Source: Alphaproteobacteria bacterium (lineage in GTDB: Bacteria; Pseudomonadota; Alphaproteobacteria; Micavibrionales; Micavibrionaceae). Taken from it: a stretch of DNA of 39,510 nt. Position 1 is the first letter of the stretch. Every line of letters starts with the position of its first letter. The notes beneath the pieces are model-generated. The model had not been told where the DNA came from, ran no database searches, and saw only the letters and a list, made by a program, of their open reading frames with translations. Positions 18,499 to 26,848 of this stretch are shown piece after piece. The stretch lies in contig SKGD01000124.1 in assembly GCA_007117665.1 (NCBI GenBank), forward strand, positions 1-39,510, given 5' to 3'. Both the position numbers and the translations under genes were made by a program.

Positions 18499-19230
18499 TT
18501 ATTCGTTTCCTTCGGGCGCGCGTGCCTGCGCGGCCAGAATATGCAGCACAGACTGCGCTTTCTGGTAAGGATTTTCAATAGAAATTGCGGCCTCCAAAGC
18601 GTTTTCATACGCGCCATTGCGCGCCAGTATGTCGGCCACGCTCCGCAGGGCGCGATTTATAAAGGCCGGATTACCGATCTGCCGGACAGATTCGCGCGCT
18701 GCCGGCCAGTCATGTCTTTCAGCTTGTATCTCGGCTGTCTCGGCATAGGCTTTGTCGCGCAGCGCGTCGTTTTCCATGAGGGCGATGGTCTGCATGGCGC
18801 CTTGATCATCAGCCGCAAAAGCCTGCGCCATGGCGATATAAGTCAGGGCAATCGCATGGGATGGCGGATGGTCAATCTCCTGCGCCTGCGCCATCAGCGC
18901 CGTAAAAAGCGCGCTGTAACGATCCTGATCCCACCCCAGCTTTGCCGATTCCATGCCGATCGCCCGAATCGCCATGGCTTTGGTGTCGGGGTTTTCAATG
19001 CGGGCGACCAGTTCGATAACATCCATCCCTTGGCCGTGCGTAGCCATAATACGCGCCGTGTCGCGATAAGTCTGGTCGCGCCATGCGTTATTATCGATGG
19101 CGGGCGCGATCCGGACAATCATATCCCGCAAGCATCCGGCGTCCGTGGCCGCGCATATTTCCGCCCGGGCGGGCGCGGCGGCCATCAACATTGCGGTAAA
19201 AACAAGAACAGGCTTTAAAGATCCGGTCAT
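18499..19230 (-). CDS. secreted helical-repeat protein of unknown function
   Basis: Signal peptide ending APARA|E, then about six repeats of 33-40 aa, each opening with I-[ED/G]-N-P (AIDNNAW, IENPDTKA, IDHPPSHA, MENDALRD, IGNPAFIN, IENPYQKA). Its stop lies 16 nt before the ftsE start. Confidence 0.6.
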   Translation of the reverse strand: MTGSLKPVLVFTAMLMAAAPARAEICAATDAGCLRDMIVRIAPAIDNNAWRDQTYRDTARIMATHGQGMDVIELVARIENPDTKAMAIRAIGMESAKLGWDQDRYSALFTALMAQAQEIDHPPSHAIALTYIAMAQAFAADDQGAMQTIALMENDALRDKAYAETAEIQAERHDWPAARESVRQIGNPAFINRALRSVADILARNGAYENALEAAISIENPYQKAQSVLHILAAQARAPEGNE

Positions 19231-19348
19231 GGCGGTGGCCTTTGGCTGGTTGTCGGGGGGTATGATCCGCCGATAATTTTGTCAGTCCTGACCCTAAATA
19301 ACAAGACGCTCTCTTTCTTTATTTTGCCGCAGGCAATATAATGGTTCT

Positions 19349-20092
19349 ATGATTTTGCAATGCGAGGAATGCAGCGCCCGTTATCTTGTTCCGCGTGACG
19401 CCATCGGCGCCGACGGGCGGCGGGTGCGGTGCAGCCATTGCGGCCATGAATGGTTCGAGCCCCCTCCTGAAGATGATGACGACGATGCCGCCGCCTTTGA
19501 CGATGATGCTGATGATACGGCATTTGGGGCGGATATAGCGGATAAAGACCATGATGCGGAGATCGACCCGATTCCCGAATCGGTCAGGCCGTTACCGGAA
19601 GAATCAGACGTTCCTGCCTTGCGGGATGGTGGGGCGCGCAGTGACGAGATGGCCGATTTGCGGCGCTGGACAGGATATGGCGCTGCGGCAGCGGTTTTTT
19701 TCATAGTGCTTGGTGGTTTGCTGGTCGCGCATAAGCCGGTAACGGATCTCTGGCCGGGGATGGGGGCGTTTTACAGCCTGTTCGGGATGGAACGCACTGT
19801 GGCGGCTGAGTCGCTGGTGTTTGAACGGGTACAGGCGCAAAAAGGCCGCACCGGCGAAGGCATAGAAGTGATCAGGGTCGGTGGCAATATCCTCAACCTT
19901 TCGCGCACGGAACAGGCTTTGCCGGTGTTACAGGCGCGGCTGATGGATCGCGATAATGACGTGCTGGATGCGTGGCAGGTCACAATCGACCAGACGACCA
20001 TAGAGCCGGAAGGCGAAGCGCTGTTATTCACGGTTTACCCGGACGCGCCGGAGACGGCAACCCAGCTTAACTTACGCTTTCTGGCGCCGTAA
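19349..20092 (+). CDS. MJ0042-type zinc-ribbon protein with a C-terminal DUF3426-like domain
   Basis: N-terminal CEECSARY...CSHCGHEW double CxxC, an acidic tract (PPEDDDDDAAAFDDDADD), one TM helix, and a C-terminal beta-rich domain. Confidence 0.8.
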   Translation: MILQCEECSARYLVPRDAIGADGRRVRCSHCGHEWFEPPPEDDDDDAAAFDDDADDTAFGADIADKDHDAEIDPIPESVRPLPEESDVPALRDGGARSDEMADLRRWTGYGAAAAVFFIVLGGLLVAHKPVTDLWPGMGAFYSLFGMERTVAAESLVFERVQAQKGRTGEGIEVIRVGGNILNLSRTEQALPVLQARLMDRDNDVLDAWQVTIDQTTIEPEGEALLFTVYPDAPETATQLNLRFLAP

Positions 20093-20100
20093 TATCTTGG

Positions 20101-22752
20101 TCAAAATTGCCGCAACAGGCGCCGGAAATAATCCAGTTCGTAATCTTCACGCTCTCTTTGCCCCGATCGTTGCCGGAGAATTTCCAGTATTTCTTCTGCG
20201 CGTTTGCGGGTGGCTTCATCGGGGATTTCAATACGCGCGCCGGGAAACATATCTTGGCCGTTTCCATCATCCCCCATCGGTCGCCCCAGCGGATCCAGAC
20301 GTTGACCCGCCCCGCCCAGCGCCAGCAAGGTCATATTTTGCATCATTTGACGGATCTGCTCGCCCATATCCTGCATGGCGTCCTGCAAATGCTCTATGGC
20401 TTGTTCCTGATGCGGTGCCGATCCGGCAGGATCATCCGCCGCCAGAGCGTCTGCCGATCTTCGCATGGCCTGTTCCGCCAGCCCCATATTTTCGGGGATG
20501 TCGCCAAGCATCTCGTGCGCGTCCAGCATTAACTGACCCAGCACATAGCGCAAAGCATCCTGTTCGGTCTTGCCGGCTTGCGAGCCGGGAGATTGCGACC
20601 GGTCCTTTGCCTGTTCTTGTCCTTGTTGCTCCTGTCCAGACGAGGATGCGGAAGGATCGGATTGTGACGGCGCATCAGGCGGCGGCGGGATATTATTTTC
20701 GCCCCACTGCCGGAAAATATCGGACGCGAAAGGCATGAAATCGGGATAAGTTTGCGGCGCGGCATCTTGGCCGGGACTTTGTTCGGCGGCTTGCGCCAGT
20801 GTCTGATCCAGCAGTGCCTGCTGCTTTTCGACCAGTTTTTGCATTTCGTTCATGCTGTCCATCATGAATTCCATTTCCGGCGGCATGGACGCGCCGACTG
20901 ACGGATCGAGCCTGTCCATGAATTGCTGGAGTTGTGACAGCATATCGCGCGCCTTGTCGCGGTCGCCGGACATGATTTCAGCCTGAAGCTGGCTCAGGAA
21001 ATTCTGCAAATCCTGCGGCCGCACCATGTCACGGAACATTTCAGGTGATATGTCCGGCATATTGCCGCTTTCGGCCATACGTTTTTGGATTTCTTTGATG
21101 AGTTCCTGAAAATACGTCATCAGCGCATCCTGAAAATCATCCATGGCTTGCGCCAGATCATCTTCAGACAGGTCGGGATTGGCTAGCGCGCGTTCAAGTT
21201 CGCGCTGCGCTTCCCTTAAATTCCGCATCGCCAGCGGCAGGTTGCCTTCCTCCAGCACCAGCGCGACATCCCATAATATTTCAATGACACTGGCGACGTC
21301 GCGTTCATCCGGGCGATTCATCAGCCGGACGGTCGCGCTGCGGATGGCCAGAAAATTAACAGGGCTGTTTTGCAGCAATGAGGGATCCTGCAACAGGGAA
21401 AACAGCTCATAGGCAATATCGGTAAATGCGCTTTGTTCGCGACGGATCAGGGTTGACCGTAAATCAATCAGCTTTCTGGCGACCGGATGTGAAAAATGCC
21501 GCTGTGGCAGTTCCATGTAAAGCGGGGCGAGGGTGGCTGTCTGGCCGAGATGATCTTCGGCGCTGATGTGAATAACCACAGGCATCCCCGCCCAGGGGTG
21601 CCATGTCAGGTCATAAACCGGCTTGATGTCGGTTTTTGTGTCGGGGGGCGTCATGACCGCCCGTGTTTCTTCATAAGGCGTGCCGAACGGGTTGCCTTCA
21701 AATTCAGGGGCGCGTTCGATCCTGAAGCTCAGATTTGTTACCCCGTAATCGTCATATAAGGTGACAGCCGGGCGTATTTCGCCTTTTTCCAGTGTTTCAG
21801 GCACTTCGGACAGCGTTATTTCCGGGGGCTGGTCGATAATATAGCGCAAGGGCATGGCGGCTTTCAGGAAAGGCGCCTGCCGGATGGTCATGTGCGTGGA
21901 TGGCGGTGCTTCGATCTCCACCCCCCAGCTTTTTTCTCCCAGAACATCAAGCGGGCGGGGGGTGTTGTCATCAGCCTCATCGTTGTCGCCGTCGCCGGAA
22001 AACAGGATGGTCGGGGTCGTCCAGCCGCCGGTCAGACGCACCCGGATGATGCTGCCTTGCGGGATGTCGAGCGTATCATCCAGCGTGCCGGTGCCTTCGA
22101 GAATAATCTGGCTTTTCCCTGTATAGGCGGGCGGGGTGATCCAGACAGTCAGCGGACTGTGAGAGTCGCGCTCCAAAGCCGGGATCGTAAACGGAAACAG
22201 CCCTTGGGCAAGGCGCGAATCCCACTGATTCCCTGCCACGACAAAGCCGCATATCAGGGTCAGCAAAGCCAGCATGCGGACGGCATTGCGGTCTTGCGCT
22301 GATAAGACCGGGCGCGGCAGGCGCAGCTTCAGCCGCAGGATAGCCTGTACGGCATCCATCTTGCTTCGTTGCCACAAGGTGCGGGTTTCGCGCTGGCGTG
22401 GATTGACAAGGCGATCTTCCAGACGTGCCAGCGGACGATGCCCAAGGTTGCTTGCTTCTTCCAGCAACCGGTCAATGCTTTTCCCGTCCGGCCATCGAAA
22501 GCGGCGCACATCACGGCGCACAAGAAAAATAATTCCGGCCATAAAGACCGCCCAGAATCCGTAAATCCCCCATGAACCGAACAGGGCGGGAATATGCATC
22601 ATCCACAAGCCCGCGAAAAAAGCGCCCCAGCATACAAGCCGCCATAAAGCCGTCGTCAGCCTTTCGGCGAGCAGCACAAGCCCGGCCAGCCTGCGCTTTA
22701 TTATCAGGCGCCCCACAAGCGGGTTATGGTCAAAATCGGGTTGTTCGGTCAT
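20101..22752 (-). CDS. TIGR02302/DUF4175-family membrane protein (alphaproteobacteria-specific, function unknown)
   Basis: 883 aa with N-terminal TM helices, a long extracytoplasmic region, a Q/G/S-rich low-complexity tract (SSSGQEQQGQEQAKDRSQSPGSQAGK), and a C-terminal ELDYFRRLL. Confidence 0.75.
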   Translation of the reverse strand: MTEQPDFDHNPLVGRLIIKRRLAGLVLLAERLTTALWRLVCWGAFFAGLWMMHIPALFGSWGIYGFWAVFMAGIIFLVRRDVRRFRWPDGKSIDRLLEEASNLGHRPLARLEDRLVNPRQRETRTLWQRSKMDAVQAILRLKLRLPRPVLSAQDRNAVRMLALLTLICGFVVAGNQWDSRLAQGLFPFTIPALERDSHSPLTVWITPPAYTGKSQIILEGTGTLDDTLDIPQGSIIRVRLTGGWTTPTILFSGDGDNDEADDNTPRPLDVLGEKSWGVEIEAPPSTHMTIRQAPFLKAAMPLRYIIDQPPEITLSEVPETLEKGEIRPAVTLYDDYGVTNLSFRIERAPEFEGNPFGTPYEETRAVMTPPDTKTDIKPVYDLTWHPWAGMPVVIHISAEDHLGQTATLAPLYMELPQRHFSHPVARKLIDLRSTLIRREQSAFTDIAYELFSLLQDPSLLQNSPVNFLAIRSATVRLMNRPDERDVASVIEILWDVALVLEEGNLPLAMRNLREAQRELERALANPDLSEDDLAQAMDDFQDALMTYFQELIKEIQKRMAESGNMPDISPEMFRDMVRPQDLQNFLSQLQAEIMSGDRDKARDMLSQLQQFMDRLDPSVGASMPPEMEFMMDSMNEMQKLVEKQQALLDQTLAQAAEQSPGQDAAPQTYPDFMPFASDIFRQWGENNIPPPPDAPSQSDPSASSSGQEQQGQEQAKDRSQSPGSQAGKTEQDALRYVLGQLMLDAHEMLGDIPENMGLAEQAMRRSADALAADDPAGSAPHQEQAIEHLQDAMQDMGEQIRQMMQNMTLLALGGAGQRLDPLGRPMGDDGNGQDMFPGARIEIPDEATRKRAEEILEILRQRSGQREREDYELDYFRRLLRQF

Positions 22753-22884
22753 TGTTGTTCCGGTGCGATCCGTCTTTCTAAAGGCTCGTCCTTGTATCTT
22801 ATCACATTACATCCGGCACGGCACAGAGCCGCTCTCGCGAATCCGGGCTTATACCATGCTGTGACAGCTCAATATAGAGCCGTT

Positions 22885-24180
22885 TTATGATGATATCCAG
22901 TCAGGGACGGATTCATACGCCAATATATCCTCGACTGTCTGGCGGCGGCGGATCAAGGCGCATTGCGCGCCATCAACCATGATTTCCGCAGGCAGAGGCC
23001 GGGTATTATAGTTCGAGGCCATCACAAAGCCGTACGCACCGGCACAGCTCAGGGCATAAAGAGCGCCGGGGGCAGGCGGCGGTGAGAAAGGCCGTTGCTT
23101 TTCAAAGACATCGCCTGTCTCGCAAACCGGTCCGACCACATCATAATAGCCGTCATTTTCGGCGCTGCCTGCCGTGTCTTTCTGTACCACCGGCACAAGC
23201 GGGTGTGTGGCATCATACAATGCCGGACGCATCAGGTCGTTCATCCCGGCATCCAGCACGACATAACGGCGCGCGGGCGTTTCCTTGATATAGCTGACCG
23301 TGCAGAGCAAAATTCCGGCATCGCCGGTGATATATCGTCCGGGTTCCAGAATGATCGCCGTCCCCAGCGGGGTAATATGTTTTTTGATCAGCGCGGCGTA
23401 ACCGGCCAGATCGGCTTCCTGACCAGCGCCATACACAATCCCCAGCCCGCCGCCAAGGTCAAGGCGGTCAACGTTGAAGCCGCGATCCCGTAAGTCACGC
23501 ACCTTGTCGGCCAGCCGCGCAAAAGCATCGGCGAAAGGATCTATGTTGATCAGTTGCGATCCGATATGGACGCTCAACCCCACCGGGGTCAGGTGCGGAC
23601 TGTCGGTTGCGTGGGCGTAAAGCCTGTCAATATCGGCAGCGTTAATCCCGAATTTGTCATCATGTCGTCCTGTTGAAATCTTATCATGCGTCCCGGCATC
23701 GACATCGGGGTTAAAGCGAAAGGAAATAACCGCGTTTTTTCTCGTTTCGGCGGCAATCTCTTCAATATTGTAAAGCTCGCGCGGGGATTCGACATTGATC
23801 TGGCGAATGCCTGTCTCCAGCGCCTGCCTGATTTCTGCGCGGCTTTTCCCGACCCCTGAATAAACAATGTCACCGGGCGGTATGCCGCTTTGCAGAGCGC
23901 GGGTCATCTCGCCGCCGGATACGATGTCGCACCCCATCCCGTACGCACGAACCAGTGATAAAACCCCGATATTGCTGTTGGCTTTGCATGCGAAGGCGAC
24001 AAGGTGATCATCGCGGGACGGCAGCGCGTCTTTCAGCGCGTCCTGAAAACGTTTTATATTGGCGCGAATCCTGCCGGCGCTGTAAACATAAAGCGGCGTA
24101 CCGTAGCGCGCAGCGAGATCGTCCAGCGGCAGATCATCCGCATGTAACAAGCCGTTCCTGACGTCGAAACCATCTGCCAT
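22885..24180 (-). CDS. lysA: diaminopimelate decarboxylase
   Basis: 431 aa. PLP-lysine region FACKANSN, GGGLGI, and the CETGD motif of group IV decarboxylases. Confidence 0.95.
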   Translation of the reverse strand: MADGFDVRNGLLHADDLPLDDLAARYGTPLYVYSAGRIRANIKRFQDALKDALPSRDDHLVAFACKANSNIGVLSLVRAYGMGCDIVSGGEMTRALQSGIPPGDIVYSGVGKSRAEIRQALETGIRQINVESPRELYNIEEIAAETRKNAVISFRFNPDVDAGTHDKISTGRHDDKFGINAADIDRLYAHATDSPHLTPVGLSVHIGSQLINIDPFADAFARLADKVRDLRDRGFNVDRLDLGGGLGIVYGAGQEADLAGYAALIKKHITPLGTAIILEPGRYITGDAGILLCTVSYIKETPARRYVVLDAGMNDLMRPALYDATHPLVPVVQKDTAGSAENDGYYDVVGPVCETGDVFEKQRPFSPPPAPGALYALSCAGAYGFVMASNYNTRPLPAEIMVDGAQCALIRRRQTVEDILAYESVPDWISS

Positions 24181-24183
24181 CTT

Positions 24184-24342
24184 TTACGGCCTGTCCAGTG
24201 TCGCGGGGGCTGGATAGGTGCGCGGAAAATTCGTTGCGGCATTCTCAGGCGGCTCGACACTGCCGGGCTTGATCCCGCACGCGCTCAGCGATACCAGCAG
24301 CAAGGCAAGAGCCATCACAAAAGAAAAAGAAAGTCCGCGCAT
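24184..24342 (-). CDS. small lipoprotein (LptM/YifL-like LPAM motif) upstream of lysA
   Basis: Lipobox LSLSAC followed by GIKPG..EPP, resembling the CG-KGPL-P signature of small lipoproteins found next to dap/lys genes. The start is set at MRGLSF; the longest ORF reaches 24378. Confidence 0.6.
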   Translation of the reverse strand: MRGLSFSFVMALALLLVSLSACGIKPGSVEPPENAATNFPRTYPAPATLDRP

Positions 24343-24380
24343 TGGGCTAAGGCGTCTGTGTTTTGAACTGTCAGGCATGA

Positions 24381-24402
24381 TTAGGGTCAGACCTCTTTCA
24401 TT
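24381..24402. repeat. isolated copy of the MITE terminal repeat
   Basis: TTAGGGTCAGACCTCTTTCATT matches the left terminus of the 30910 element (TTAGGGTCAGACCTCATTCATT) at 21 of 22 positions. Confidence 0.45.
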
Positions 24403-24461
24403 GTTGCCCCTTGAACATCAAAGTGTTTATAGCAATATTTGGAAGATGAAAGGAAGGGCGT

Positions 24462-25049
24462 ATGATGATCGGCGGTAAGTTTTTCGGGGTCTTTTTTGTA
24501 TTTTTTCTGTGGTTTGCGTCTGCGTCTGCGGCCAAGCCGCCGGTCGGGGATGGGGTCGGGGATGCGGTCAGTGACGCTTTCACAGCCCAGTTTTCCGGCG
24601 CGATCCGGCCGGAAGAAACGCAGTTTTTTCCGTCTGTAATGGTTCTGGACGAAGCGAATGAACGGATGGATGTCGCTGCACATCTGGGCGAGACATGGCA
24701 TATTGTCAATTTGTGGGCGACATGGTGCCCACCCTGCGTCAAGGAAATTCCCTCCTTGCTGGCGCTGGAGGAAGAAAAAGGCAGTGCGCGCCTGCGGGTT
24801 GTTTTTGTGTCGCTGGATCAGGCCGGAAACTATCAGGAGATGGCGGCGATGGCATCGCGGCGCGGCATAGAATTGCCGCCGCGCAGCTATTTGTCGGCGG
24901 GGGCGGATATATGGCAGTCTCTGGCGCTCAAAGGGCTGCCCACCAGCTATCTTGTCTCACCGGCGGGAGAGATTACTTACATCCTGCAAGGTGACGCTGC
25001 ATGGACATCGCCTGAAAGCATGGCGTTTTTCAAAGCGATTCTGGAATAA
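24462..25049 (+). CDS. TlpA-family thiol:disulfide oxidoreductase (thioredoxin fold)
   Basis: N-terminal signal/anchor and active site LWATWCPPCVKEIPSL. Confidence 0.85.
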   Translation: MMIGGKFFGVFFVFFLWFASASAAKPPVGDGVGDAVSDAFTAQFSGAIRPEETQFFPSVMVLDEANERMDVAAHLGETWHIVNLWATWCPPCVKEIPSLLALEEEKGSARLRVVFVSLDQAGNYQEMAAMASRRGIELPPRSYLSAGADIWQSLALKGLPTSYLVSPAGEITYILQGDAAWTSPESMAFFKAILE

Positions 25050-25143
25050 AGCCAAACGGATTTTCATTAATGATTTTAAAGGGATTTATCCCTAAGATGG
25101 AAAGTGCCCTTTTGCTCTGGCCGGACGCGCAAAGGAACAACAA

Positions 25144-26433
25144 ATGCAAGGAATGCCCCACATGCAAAGCCAGCTTGACGACACGATGAAAAGCCTGACG
25201 CAGGAAGCGTTAGATGAGATTGTCCTTCTTCACAGGCGCTTTATCGAAGGCCGTAACGGCGGGCGGCGAGCTATTTTAAAGCGGGTTGATCTGTCCGGCC
25301 TTTCCCTGCGGGAGAAAGATCTGCGTCAGGCTGATTTTTCCGGGTGCCGGATGCAGAATATGGATCTGTCCGCCACAAATTTCCGCGAAGCTTCTTTATA
25401 TGCCTGTGATCTTAGCTATTCCAACCTTAACAAAACCTGTTTCGTGCGGGCGGATTTACGCGGTTCGCGGATTGAAAGCGCGGATCTGGCCGGCGCCAAT
25501 CTTGAACGGGCGGATTTGCGTGCCGGCGGGCTGGCTTCGGATGGCGCTTATAGCCGCGGTCAGGACGTGAATTTCCGGGGCGCTAACCTGGCCGGTGCGC
25601 GTCTTTCGGGAACGCTGGCCAATAATGCGGATTTTTCCGATGCAATTATGGCCAAGACGAACCTGACGGGGGCTGATTTACGGAACGCCAAATTTGAAGG
25701 GGCTGACCTGACCGAAGCTGACGTCAAGGGCGCGCAGCTTATGGGCGCGAATATGCGCTCGACCATCCTGACCGGGGTGATGATTGACGATATCCGCAAT
25801 AGCGGCGTTGACCTGACAGATTCGATCACGGATGAGAATGTCGGGACGTCTTTGGAAGAGCTTGACCAGCCATTAGTGCGTCTGATCAAGGATCATCGCG
25901 CCTGGGTGGCGTCTGTCGGGCGAGAAGGGCGGCAGCTTGACCTGAGCGGTTATGATTTGCGGATATTATTATCGCTGGCGGCGGAAAAGCTCACGGCTTT
26001 GAAGGCGATCGGCGCGCGCTGGTGCGGCATGGATCTGACTGACATACAGCTGCAAAGTTCGGTGCTGGATGAATCTGATTTTCGCAGTTGTTTCCTGCGT
26101 GGGGCTGATTTCAGGGCAGCCAGCCTGAAGCGTGCGCGTTTCAGCCATGCTGATTTACGAAGCGCCGATTTTTCTCCGCTTTTCTATGAGCAGGACGGCC
26201 AAAGAATCGCAACGCCGTGCGATCTTGAAGGCGCGAATATGCGTTATGCCAATTTTTCCGGCGCACGGTTGAAAAAAGCGAATTTCAGGGATGCTGATGT
26301 GGCTTATGCCGATTTTTCAGGATGCGATTTGAGCGGAGCGGACTTTACCGGCGCAAATATTAAAAGCGCGATTTTTAAAAATTCTGTTCTGGATCAGACA
26401 GTTATCACGCTTGATGAGCTGCGTGACGAATAA
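25144..26433 (+). CDS. pentapeptide-repeat protein made of two tandem repeat modules
   Basis: There are dozens of A(D/N)LxX pentapeptides (ADLRGSRIESADLAGANLERADLRAGG, ADLRNAKFEGADLTEADVKGAQL, and others). Each half opens with a helix plus G-R-x-L-x-DLSG. Confidence 0.85.
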   Translation: MQGMPHMQSQLDDTMKSLTQEALDEIVLLHRRFIEGRNGGRRAILKRVDLSGLSLREKDLRQADFSGCRMQNMDLSATNFREASLYACDLSYSNLNKTCFVRADLRGSRIESADLAGANLERADLRAGGLASDGAYSRGQDVNFRGANLAGARLSGTLANNADFSDAIMAKTNLTGADLRNAKFEGADLTEADVKGAQLMGANMRSTILTGVMIDDIRNSGVDLTDSITDENVGTSLEELDQPLVRLIKDHRAWVASVGREGRQLDLSGYDLRILLSLAAEKLTALKAIGARWCGMDLTDIQLQSSVLDESDFRSCFLRGADFRAASLKRARFSHADLRSADFSPLFYEQDGQRIATPCDLEGANMRYANFSGARLKKANFRDADVAYADFSGCDLSGADFTGANIKSAIFKNSVLDQTVITLDELRDE

Positions 26434-26457
26434 GAATTGCCATTCTCCACTGCTATT

Positions 26458-26638
26458 CTGGATGCCCGCTCAAGGCGGGCATGACAGTTGAGGTTTTTTG
26501 TCAACACCCCTTGTCATCCCCGCGGCGCGGCAAAGGCCGCGCTTATCAGCGGGGATCCATATGCATTGTCGCCATTTTCCCAGATTCCCGCTTCCTCCTA
26601 CGCCAAGGCTTCGGAGGACAGAGCAGGGCGGGTATGAC
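26458..26638. repeat. cluster of three REP-like palindromic units (BIME-like) between convergent genes
   Basis: Unit A is ATGCCCGC-tcaag-GCGGGCAT (26462-26482). Unit B is ATCCCCGC (26516-26523) / GCGGGGAT (26549-26556), enclosing the nested hairpin GCGCGGC-aaag-GCCGCGC. Unit C is ATTCCCGC (26584-26591) / GCGGGTAT (26628-26635), enclosing CCTCC...GGAGG. Confidence 0.65.
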
Positions 26639-26650
26639 TCGCCGGATATT

Positions 26651-26848
26651 TTATCCCTGATGTCCTGTCCAGACCGCCAGAATAAATAACAGCACAGCCA
26701 GACCTTGCAGCATCACACGCATACGCATTAGTTTGTTGCTGTGCTTTTTATTGCTTTCGCCGCCCTTGGCCATCACGAACACACCCAAAAAGAGGGAGGC
26801 TAAAACCGCAGCCATCGCCAAAAACATCAAAATGACAAATATATTCAT
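26651..26848 (-). CDS. twin-transmembrane-helix small protein (HIG1 domain)
   Basis: 65 aa with two TM helices separated by GGESNKKHSNKLMRMRVMLQG, the HIG1/twin-TM signature common in alphaproteobacteria. It overlaps the ubiG stop by 4 nt. Confidence 0.8.
   Translation of the reverse strand: MNIFVILMFLAMAAVLASLFLGVFVMAKGGESNKKHSNKLMRMRVMLQGLAVLLFILAVWTGHQG

Noticed and set aside
18483-18617. 45-codon N-terminal extension of ftsE in the ORF track
   Set aside because: The extension is basic and Cys-rich with no homology, and it would overlap the upstream gene by 119 nt. FtsE-type proteins begin at MIRFEHV.
18541-19218. 225-aa plus-strand ORF
   Set aside because: It is antisense to the signal-peptide repeat protein. 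I preferred the minus-strand frame because of its signal peptide, internal repeat periodicity and tight coupling to ftsE.
19281-19297. AGTCCTGACCCTAAATA resembles the right end of the MITE (AGGTCTGACCCTAAAGG)
   Set aside because: The match is only ~12 nt with mismatches and has no partner repeat. It is too short to distinguish from chance.
26498-26689. 63-aa ORF in the pentapeptide/HIG1 spacer
   Set aside because: It reads straight through the palindromic REP units (VIPAARQRPRLSAGIH-type translation) and overlaps the HIG1 gene on the other strand. It is a repeat artefact.
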